Shown here: one piece after another, positions 26,121 to 35,186 of the stretch | Layout: the number at the start of each line of letters is the position of its first letter | Position numbering within the stretch: position 1 is the first letter of the stretch | DNA from: Hydrurus foetidus | Taxonomy: Eukaryota | Assembly (NCBI GenBank): GCA_900617105.1 | Contig: UYFQ01000697.1 | Span: 1-38,446 of the forward strand | Direction: 5' to 3' | DNA: 38,446 nucleotides | Program-made: the position numbers and the translations under genes | The notes under the pieces: model-generated | The model's database searches: none | Seen by the model: only the letters and a program-made list of their open reading frames with translations | What the model was told of the DNA's origin: nothing

Positions 26121-27063
26121 TTATTTCTTGAATTTGTTGGACATCTCTTCGATGCGTTCTAGGACCGTTTCTCTCAGTGTCGGATTCAGTTTCCCTGCTA
26201 GCAGAATTGCTGTTGACTTTGTGATCGAGTTAAGCGATGCGTGTGTCGAACGGCAATCTTTTCCTCTTTTGCATGGTGACATTTTGGTACCGTCCTTGAG
26301 CTTCGCGTTGAGCAGGTACGCAATATGAAATCTGCAATATGTTGAATCTGTGGTAACTTTTTTTTTCTTTATCAACGACTGACTTGTTTGAAGCTGTCGT
26401 GCCTATTGTCTGCGCAGCAATCGATGTTCTGTAATATCGCTCTCGTAGGAACAAAGATTCTCCGTTTAACGACTTGAGATCTGCTTCGAGCATTGATGTC
26501 AATAGATTTGCGCATCCTTGAGGAGCCTCCAGTAAAATCGTTGGGAATTCTGTAGACTCTGCCTCTGTCCGTATAGTTTTTCCCCACTTGTTAAAAGTTC
26601 TCTCTATTGTCCACAATAAAAGATCGTCCGAAACCAAAGAGAGCGTGTCTAAAGGTCCAGATAGAATGAGCAATATTGGATCCATAACGTGTAGAAATTC
26701 CTTCGAATAGAAAACTCTTGCTGCTACCTCGAAAGAAGATGCCGCATTTGTGAATTCACGGCGAGCAGAGAAAGTAGGTAAAGATCCGGGTGTAAACTGC
26801 TTCTGTAAGAAAGATCCGAATAATATCGAAGTTGCTGAATTTGGACCGAAGTTAGCCGTGAGAAACATTTTTAGAAACTTGTCGTCTTTTACCACAGGAT
26901 GTGTAGCAATTAGGCAAATCAAGCTGGAATCCGAATATTCTGAAGTGTCATCTTTCACTTGACATATTGACGCGTCTATGATATGCTGTTTGTACTCGCT
27001 TATCTGCAGTATGCAATCTTTCTCCATTAATTCTTTTTCTCTTCCTCCAACAAGTTTCCAAAT
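26121..27063 (-). pseudogene. Gag-like ORF1 of the YR retrotransposon, 3' part (C-terminal Cys/His finger; frameshift at a T9 run)
   Basis: ORF 26230-27027 switches at the T-run 26358-26366 into ORF 26121-26375 carrying YCRFH...CKRGKDCRSTH. It lies upstream of the RT ORF and joins 31919-32566 in frame once the DNA transposon is removed. Confidence 0.65.
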
Positions 27064-27295
27064 AAGGGACGTCGATCGTTGAAACCTCGGGGGACGGGGG
27101 TGGATTTCCGATTCTCATCGATTCTCATGGTCGCGTCGATCACATCTCCTCACTTCTCAATTGCACACAGAGCACAATTCCTATAATCAGAAGTGCAAAC
27201 TTGGCAATTCTTGAGCAGCGGAGTCAACTTCGTCGGTGGCCGGCGTAGCCTCAGCAGCGTATAGGCCATTTTTTTTCAATCTTTTGTCGCGCACA
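27064..27295 (+). repeat. Left terminal inverted repeat (232 bp)
   Basis: Reverse complement of 31685-31916, no mismatch noticed. Confidence 0.96.
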
Positions 27296-29703
27296 ATGCC
27301 AAAAACATCTCACAAGCGTTGCTGTTGTCCACAATATGAGCAGTGCAAAGCATTCCAAGATCGTTTGGCAGCTGCGGGCCAGTCTTTCATGTACGAGATA
27401 ATCAGAACTAACCAAACTTTCTAATGTGTTGCTCGGAAATCACGCCATCTACACGTTCTCATTTTTGAACGCATACTGCTCGATTTTGTAGGGTCGGATT
27501 TGTGTCGTTTCCTGTGCTTGGGAAGAATGAAAACTCGAAAAATCAAGCGTTCAAACGAGCCTTATATATGGGATACTGTCGCCATTTGTTTAAAGGGAAT
27601 TCAGAATTGTTAAATGCAATTAAACAGCCATTCGTTGCAAGACATCATTTTCATCCGGGTCTTCTCCAAAAAAATGACGAACACCTTCACGGTTCTTATT
27701 TTATCACTAAGATCGATATGGAATTGGGCAAATCAATAGGATTGAGAGACGTTGACAGAGTGGCTGGCATCAATTCTTTCTACGCAGTGCCGAATTACTC
27801 GATCAAAAACATAATGGACTATGTAGGCCTCAAAGAAACCGAGTCCGTTGTGACAGGCTCCGATATTGTGCTGACATCGAGGATGAGTAGCGCTAGCAAA
27901 CAGACTATGAGAATGATGCAGGCAGCTGCAGATGAGAATGATTCCGTAGTCAAGAAGAAGAAAAGAGACTTCGACGAGAGAGTGGAGAATGATACTACTG
28001 CACGGGCATATCTATCGGAAAATCAGGAAAATTTCGTAAAACGGTTATTTACGGATTTGGAAATAAAAGAAAAAGAAAATGAAACACTGCAAATGTCACT
28101 CAATGAGATGGAAGCAAAGTTAGCTGAAACAAGTATGAAGTTGAGAGAAGAAATGGATAAATACGATGACCTAATTGAGAAGCAGAGAGAGCTTAATAGC
28201 AATAGGAGTGGACTTGAACGGAGTCTCATACTAAATAGCGTGTGGCATAAGAACAATCCCACAGCGTGCACTCACCTATTTGGGTTCCACTCATTTGACG
28301 AGTACAAAGTTTATTGTGGGTGTCTATTTCAAGGCCTGACTCTTGAGTACGGTACCAGCAGAGCAGATAATATTACTGACTGGGAAAAGTTGACCATGGC
28401 GAAACTAAGGATGAGAAGAGGTGTCTCATTGCTGCTTTTAAGTTTGATATTCTGTAGGAATCGTACATCAATTGGAGTTTATGTTACATATGGGGCAGCG
28501 AGATGGGGAGAAGCAGGTGAAAATTTGTCGATTCTTGAACTAACAAAAGAGTACCTAGATTATGAGCGTCCCCAGATTTTCACGGATGCGGATCATCAAA
28601 CAGTTGCTGCCTTGGTGGACGGGAAAGACTTTATGACGGCGGATCCGAAACAGAACAGCGCTATCAAAAAAGGAATGTGGTCTGATAAAGTAGCTCACGC
28701 AGGAGTTCGCATATGCACTTGGTCTACTCCTTCCGGCCTAACATTTGAACATACCCCCGCGTTTATGGCGAGAGCAACAGAAACTGCGATTGTGTCCCTA
28801 TGGGGATCTTACTGGGATGTTGTCCCTTTAAGCAAAGTCCCGGAGGTGAAACCCGTGTCTCTTAAATTTATAAAAACGGAGAAATATGAAGAGAAATGTC
28901 CAATATTGAATAAGGTTATTGGAGAGAAGAGGAATAAGGGAGCCGGAGAAGAAGATATGTTAGATGAAAATGAAATTTATGAAGATAATAATGAGGCAGA
29001 ATTTGATAATGATGAAGCTGGAGAGGCTGAGGTGGTGCTGAAAAAGATGCCGTCAATTGACTTAGTTAATAGAGGAACTAATTTCATTGATGAAACAAGA
29101 AAAAGAATACTTAAATTAAAATCGGGTAGAAAGTATTCTACAGACAACATAACTAAAATGAATAGTGGTCTGTTGAAAGCCGGTCCTAACGAGTCAACTT
29201 CACGAAAACTAGAACAGTTGATTGTACATGAAGCACTCCATCAAGCATATGTTAAAGGTGATTTAAAAAAATGTTTGCTATCATATTACTTACAGTTTAT
29301 GCATACACTTAGAGCAGATATGTTATTACATTTAAAAGGAGAAGCAGGCCAAAATATGCCTCCATACCTATTGACCAGGCTTGCCAAAATTCCTCCGGGA
29401 TTCACTGTACTTGCAGATAGAGGCTTCTACTTTGATGCACCTAGTTACCCCAATGTTAATGCCCAAATTACGCCACATTTTCTTACTAGTAGAGAGCAAT
29501 TTGAATCAGATGAAGTGAGTAGAGATTTGATTACTTGTCGTTTGCGTTGGTCTTCCGAAGCAATATTTTCTCGTGTTACTGATCATGAAATATTGACTGA
29601 TGTTGTGCCTTATTCTCACTACTCAATATTAGCGTCAGCCATACACTGGGGACATGCGCATGCTAACCTAATGCAACCTTTCAATTCCCCTGTAAATTAT
29701 TAA
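27296..29703 (+). CDS. DDE transposase (Harbinger/ISL2EU-like) with N-terminal THAP-like finger and coiled coil; exons 27296-27390 and 27492-29703
   Basis: Spliced N-terminus MPKTSHKRCCCPQYEQC...FM|VGFVSFP...FVARHHF (THAP-like). HTH-like EKLTMAKLRMRRGVSLLLLSLIF. Catalytic LVDGKDF...WSDK...STPSG...VLADRGF...RLRWSSEAIFSRV. Confidence 0.87.
27391..27491 (+). other. Predicted 101-bp GT-AG spliceosomal intron in the transposase gene
   Basis: GTACGA...TTTTGTAG; its removal joins the ATG at 27296 in frame to the 733-aa ORF. Confidence 0.75.
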
Positions 29704-29736
29704 CGACTACTGAGAATGAAATGGAATTTACTTAGA

Positions 29737-31653
29737 CTAAAAGACATACTCAATCGGTATACACAGTGAGTGCAGAGACTTAACTGGTTTCGGCATATTC
29801 AGAACAAACCATTCCCAATCCTCATCATCGTCTAAATATTTCATCATACCAAACAGCACAATGAAGGCTAGCATGTGGCTGCAAAATAGACGTCCAACTG
29901 GGCAGTTACATCTGCTGGCTGGACCTTGGACAAACGTATCATCTACTCTCCGCAATATCACGAATACAGTGTAGACGTCTTTCTTCATCGAAGGAGTGCA
30001 CTTGATGCTAAATATCCGTACGTCTTCGATGCCGTTTTGAGTTCGACATTTGCACTGAGCTGACTGGAGCGATCTCAAATCGAAATGACCAGCGTGCACT
30101 CTCCTCCACGCACGTTCCCGGACACCGTTTCTGCCTTCGCCAAAGTACTCTGTGATGAACTTTTCATCAAAGACCGTTGTGAGATTTCTGACGGAATCAA
30201 AAACAACCGCACTATCAGTTTCCCAAACTATGGGTTCACTGCAGGTCAATACTTCCAAGTTGATGTAGTGACCACCACCCTCACTGGATGCTAGAGGGAT
30301 AATAGGCGCACTTGAATCACCCTGGCTAACAATTCTCTCCACAGCAGAGTTTAGCTGATCTCTTGTATTGGATGCTCTTGGAGACAGACCACGGCATTCG
30401 AGATAACAAATGAGAGCAGAAGTTGTCTGCATATTGATAGGGACAGTCTCAAAATTTAAGTAACATCCCCATGGAAGTACTTGGTTCTGATCATTCCTCG
30501 GGATAGGGATGGCAAATTGCTGAATGGGGGTAGAGGTACGAATCCAAACAGACATCGTATAGAGTTCCTTTAATTCAAAACCGGACGGTAGATGGTCATC
30601 CGGGTTAAAACCAAATAAAGTAGCCTCCAAAGAATCACCCACAAGTGCATGAAGATTGCCTCTCCTAACACAATAATTGTCTTCCCAGAAAGCCTCGCGA
30701 AGGGATTGTCCAGGAATAGTGGGAATGATAGTGAAACAAGGAGCGAATTGAAAGATATTAGAAGCCCGCTTGAAAGTCGCAGTGTAATTAGGTATGGCTG
30801 CTCTGGAGCGTTTTGGGCCTACTTGACCATGACTCTCTATATTCGATAACGTTTGCTCCTTGGTCGTTCTCCAAGCTCCAAAGAAAGACTTCACTTTAGT
30901 TAATGAGTTTCCAGATGCGCGATCAAGATAGTCTACTCCTAGAAGAACTGCGAAGTCACTAAACTCTGACTGAGTGGGGTCCGGGATGACTCCAGATACA
31001 AGGTCGACCCACGTCTGACGTCTAACAAAAGAACAGTTGAGACCCAGAGGATCGGATCCTTTATTCAGTTGCTGAATAACAAGCTTGCATCCAAGAACCA
31101 AACAGTCGGAGTCCTCAGATACCACCCCGTCAATGATACCATCAGCTTCAAGCCTGCATAGTTCCCATTCTGCCTCCATGAAAGCGCAGACGTACTTTAG
31201 ATGCTTAGAATCGCACCAGGAGATAAAATCTGCAACGATATTCTCACGCACATATAGAGACTTCTTTTTGAAAATGTTGATCTTCCTCATATGCTCTGGG
31301 TCGTGAGTATTTATCAAATTTGTCATCTCCGTTTTCGCATCATCACTCATTTTTTGGCGAGCAGAGTTTGTCGCTGCTTTTAGTGGGTTGCGGGCACCAT
31401 CGAGTACGAATAGAATCTTGATATCATTATCAAGGAGTAATGAATGCATTGAATTGAGATAAGGCTCAATATTGGATCCGACAGCGATTTTAGGATCCTG
31501 GTGAAATGAGTGACAAATTTTCGGCGAGCTGAATAGTGCCTTGTTCAGTCAAATCGAGACATCAACGCCGAGGATTTTCCCGGAAAGGTCTGACAGTTTC
31601 GATACCAAGGCGTTTGATGCTCGGAGCTCCTTCGATAGATCCTTGACACCCAT
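29737..31653 (-). CDS. XPG/FEN1/Exo1-family 5' nuclease fused to a SAP/HeH-like helix pair and C-terminal SWIM zinc finger; one in-frame TGA at codon 35
   Basis: Start MGVKDL...LSGKILGVDVSI*LNK (XPG-N; TGA 31549-31551 where W is usual). LFVLDGARNPLK; AFMEAEWELCRLEADGIIDGVVSEDSDCLVLG (XPG-I); LLGVDYL (H3TH); LICYLECRGL...RDQL; CNCPVGRLFCSH (SWIM). Confidence 0.88.
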
Positions 31654-31684
31654 TTCAATATCCAACACGCTAACGATTTCTCAA

Positions 31685-31916
31685 TGTGCGCGACAAAAGA
31701 TTGAAAAAAAATGGCCTATACGCTGCTGAGGCTACGCCGGCCACCGACGAAGTTGACTCCGCTGCTCAAGAATTGCCAAGTTTGCACTTCTGATTATAGG
31801 AATTGTGCTCTGTGTGCAATTGAGAAGTGAGGAGATGTGATCGACGCGACCATGAGAATCGATGAGAATCGGAAATCCACCCCCGTCCCCCGAGGTTTCA
31901 ACGATCGACGTCCCTT
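31685..31916 (-). repeat. Right terminal inverted repeat (232 bp)
   Basis: Reverse complement of 27064-27295. Confidence 0.96.
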
Positions 31917-31918
31917 AT

Positions 31919-32566
31919 TGGTCCAAGTTCTTTTTCTCTTTTGCTTGCATCTTTCTTTTCCCTTGTGTAGTGGTAATTTCCGTCTATATCCTGTAAATGG
32001 ATGCTGGACTCACCTTGATAAATATTGCTACCGCGTGAGATGAGAGGCGGCTGAATACGTTGGCGCTTGTTCGCTTGTGACCTTGTCGCTTTGTTTTGGT
32101 CATTTGTCTCAAAATCTGTGAGTAAGATTTTAGCTGAATCCCTATTTACTCCAGCTGGTACAATGAAGTTTGCTGGTGTGATAAGAATATAGTGTCCTGT
32201 CTTTGTCAAGGGCCTATCCTCATCAATGAATAATTGTCCAATGATAAGAACCAAACATTTTCCCTGTTGGATCTCCTTCATAAACCCAAAAACCCAGTTG
32301 CAAGAGGAAGCGAAGTCTGCGTTTGCTTTCTCAGGGCCAACTGTTCTTACATTCGTCCACATTATGAAAGTATGAATCTCGATTTCTTCAGCTGGAGCGA
32401 TTGCTGACTTTTGACAGGCGAAAATTTCGCCTTTTGCAGTGGTGAAATCATCGACGATGCCTGACGTGAAATCGATCGATTCTTGACACTCAGCTGTAAC
32501 GGCAACGTAAAGTGGGCCGACGGCTATACAAGTATTGTCAGACCACTTGATTCTATCAAGATATGT
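31919..32566 (-). pseudogene. Gag-like ORF1 of the YR retrotransposon, 5' part (probably an internal exon)
   Basis: Non-microsatellite part of ORF 31898-32686, in frame with 26230-27027 across the excised transposon. Preceded on the minus strand by an acceptor-like TATTACTACAG (CAG at 32567-32569). Confidence 0.6.
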
Positions 32567-32599
32567 CTGTAGTAATATAGTTGCAAATATAGTTTCAAA

Positions 32600-33117
32600 T
32601 ATATACATGTACGTTATGCGACACGTACGTACGTAAGTACACATGCAGATATGATAACATGCACACGTACACACGTACTTACACATGTTAGTGCATACTC
32701 ATTTATGCATATGTACACACATGTACTTACACATGTACGTACATAGTCAATATGTACGTACGTACGTACGTACGCACGCACATAGCATAGCATACACTTG
32801 TATGGTCACGCACACACGTACATACGTACGTGCACATGTTAGTACAAATTATTATATGCATACGTACACACACGTACTTACACATGTATGTACATATATA
32901 ATATGTACGTATGTACGGCCGCCAATAGCGTAGTACATAGATGTATAGGCGTACATACGTAAGTACCACTGTACTTACGCATGTACGTTCTTACACATAC
33001 ACATGCATACGTACTCCTATAATATCGCCATATAGCAGTTAGTACTCACGCATGTACGTTCATATACATATACACGCATACGTACCCCTGTACTATTGCC
33101 ATGTATCAGTTAGTACG
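32600..33117. repeat. Low-complexity alternating purine-pyrimidine tract (TACG/TACA/CATG), ending in a diverged ~70-bp tandem duplication
   Basis: Example GTACGTACGTACGTACGTACG at ~32754-32774. The two ~70-bp copies in ~32972-33116 each end in CAGTTAGTAC. Confidence 0.88.
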
Positions 33118-33452
33118 AACCCTCTGACCTCACGCAAATGAACGTTCGCCTTTCATGATTCTTCAGTATCGCCAAAACACTTCGTTACTATAAGCATTCA
33201 TGCAACGTTCCTCAAGCACATGCTATGAACAACACATCTCGCTGTGAACTTTGTCTCAAGGTAGTTTCACTGTCATGAACTGTTCTGATAGCTCTTTTGC
33301 GTGGCTATCTGTAAACTCTAATCAGAATCTAATACGCTGTACTTCACAGCTTCGTCTACTCGATAGCTCACTGAATTGAGACAGTAGCCTGCAGCTGCTT
33401 CTCCACCTTCGCTGCGAACGCTAGAAGGTGACATCTTGTATTTAGTCTTACA

Positions 33453-33461
33453 TGGTAGCGA
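33453..33461 (+). promoter_or_regulatory. Probable primer-binding site of the Copia element
   Basis: ...TCTTACA|TGGTAGCGA, ~85 bp upstream of the gag ATG; resembles initiator-Met-type PBS (TGGTAGC...). Confidence 0.7.
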
Positions 33462-33539
33462 TTGTTTATAGTGATTAAACGATTGCCGTGGATTCCAGGG
33501 TTCTGAATTTCCTTCCTCAACTTTCAGAACCCTGCAATC

Positions 33540-35186
33540 ATGAGTGACAATGGATTTGAAGACAAGTTAGATCTGTCCAGCACAGACTCTCCGCCGGCTC
33601 TTGCCGATCTCCTTCAAAGTCCGTTCGGAACTCTGATCGAAGCAGCTCAACCCATCTTCACTGGTCGAGTTACAAGATCTAGGACAGGAGCAATTCCTCC
33701 TTTAGAAAATCCAAATAGTGATTTTCTAGACGAGGTGGAATTAGCCCTTCAAAATCAGGAGGTTGTTCCGACACCACCTTTAGCATCTCGGGCGCGGAAT
33801 CTCGGAGCCACAGCGACAACTTTATTTTCGGACAATTTGGAGGCTCAGGATGCAGAGACAAGATTTTCCTTCGCCGATGTGGCAAGGCTCATCGACATCA
33901 TGTCTGCTAAGATCCAACAGCCTCCACCGTTGGTCTCCCAACCGAAATCAACAGTTGGATCTGCCTCTATTCCAAGTGCTACAACGCCCAAGGCTTCTTC
34001 TATCCTATCGGTGCCCATATCGGAATACCTGGATACCACCTCTGCGCAATCGAAATTCTTCTTTTCGATGCCCAAGTTTTCCAACTCTGGGAAGGACAAC
34101 CGCGACAACATGGAAACGTTCATGGTCGCTCTAGGTGAATGTAAACTTCTTACATTAGCCAAAGGCGATCGTGAGTTACCAGTCATTACTGCTCGGAACC
34201 CTGGAGGGTATTCACCTAGGTCACTGGTATTAGCAGAAGAAGGATTGTATGATGTCATCCCAGCCGATGACATCTACAAAAGATTACACGATTTGGATCG
34301 CTTATTGGTTATTCTCAATATGGTTACTGGGAAAGATCTACATTATTTGATCAAGCGTGTGATTGCCGACAACGATGCGGTCTTATGGTTCAAGACAATC
34401 TACGATCACATCAACGGCACAAAGAACAGCGACATCAGGAAGGCAACGGATCAGCTCCACTCCCTGAAGCTCAAGTCCACACAAACCATTCAGGAGAATG
34501 TGGCAACCATCGAAGAGGCCTTCAGAGTCCTCAAAGTCGCAAGTGGCGTGCCCGTCACTGATGATCAAAAGCTTTATCATCTACAAGAAAAGCTGGAGCA
34601 TGATGCAAGATTCAGCGTCTTATCAATCATGGCCTCATCAAAGACGTCAAAGGCATCCTATGACGACACCATCAAATACCTTGTGCTTCTTGATCCTGCC
34701 CCAGCGGTAGCTCACAAGATGGCTTCCCTTACTCCAACCTTGGAGCTGTGCAGACGTCACATCGCTGGCCTATGTACCAACGGTTCCTCATGCAAGTATT
34801 CACATGCAGCAGCGCCGCCAAACAAGGGAGCACCATCTGACAAGAAGCCCAACAAGAACCCACCTCCTTTCAAGAAAGATCAGAAGACTCCACCGAACTT
34901 TCCTTTCAAGAAACCAATCATCATGTTAGATTCCCATCGATCACTTGTTGGCTATCCCAAAGCAGTTGCAACGGCAAAGAACCCAGCTGGATACTCACTG
35001 AACCAACTTACAACCATCAGGACTTTGCAATCTGCTGATGTTGACGGCTGGACATCAGGAGATCCTCAGTATTTCAATGGCGATAGGTCGAGCAACCATA
35101 TCGATCGGTTCAATGTTCTTCACTTCAAAGAACAATCAACGACATCCATTGCAGAGTTCCCAGAGTTCTACCACTTTCAAGACTAA
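33540..35186 (+). CDS. gag: Copia Gag-like protein with a CCCH zinc finger
   Basis: 548-aa ORF just after the PBS, with a helical capsid-like central region, CRRHIAGLCTNGSSCKYSH (C-x7-C-x5-C-x3-H) and a K/P-rich basic tail. Confidence 0.82.
   Translation: MSDNGFEDKLDLSSTDSPPALADLLQSPFGTLIEAAQPIFTGRVTRSRTGAIPPLENPNSDFLDEVELALQNQEVVPTPPLASRARNLGATATTLFSDNLEAQDAETRFSFADVARLIDIMSAKIQQPPPLVSQPKSTVGSASIPSATTPKASSILSVPISEYLDTTSAQSKFFFSMPKFSNSGKDNRDNMETFMVALGECKLLTLAKGDRELPVITARNPGGYSPRSLVLAEEGLYDVIPADDIYKRLHDLDRLLVILNMVTGKDLHYLIKRVIADNDAVLWFKTIYDHINGTKNSDIRKATDQLHSLKLKSTQTIQENVATIEEAFRVLKVASGVPVTDDQKLYHLQEKLEHDARFSVLSIMASSKTSKASYDDTIKYLVLLDPAPAVAHKMASLTPTLELCRRHIAGLCTNGSSCKYSHAAAPPNKGAPSDKKPNKNPPPFKKDQKTPPNFPFKKPIIMLDSHRSLVGYPKAVATAKNPAGYSLNQLTTIRTLQSADVDGWTSGDPQYFNGDRSSNHIDRFNVLHFKEQSTTSIAEFPEFYHFQD

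Larger units (their letters stand above)
27064..31916. mobile_element. Two-gene TIR DNA transposon, PIF/Harbinger-ISL2EU-Spy (PHIS)-like, 4853 bp, flanked by AT
   Basis: 232-bp TIRs (AAGGGACGTCGATCG...), AT at 27062-27063 and 31917-31918, and two convergent ORFs. The empty site restores host frame ...KELGPI|WKLVGGREKELMEKDC. Confidence 0.93.
4006..32566 (-). mobile_element. Tyrosine-recombinase (DIRS-order, Ngaro/PAT-like) retrotransposon with two nested insertions; 5' end not found in the window
   Basis: Minus-strand order gag-like, RT/RNase H, tyrosine recombinase, then direct-repeat array. No integrase, protease or methyltransferase seen. Including the array in the element is an inference from its position. 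Confidence 0.8.

Noticed and set aside
31549..31551. TGA = Trp alternative genetic code
   Set aside because: Trp is encoded by TGG elsewhere in these ORFs and a comparable lesion in the YR gene is TAG; point mutation is simpler.
29737..31653. Host EXO1/FEN1 housekeeping gene
   Set aside because: It lies between 232-bp TIRs with a transposase, is apparently intronless, and is fused to a SWIM finger.
32600..32969. ORFs rich in Y/V/C/T/H/M (32685-32933, 32727-32969, N-terminus of 31898-32686)
   Set aside because: Translations of the microsatellite tract.
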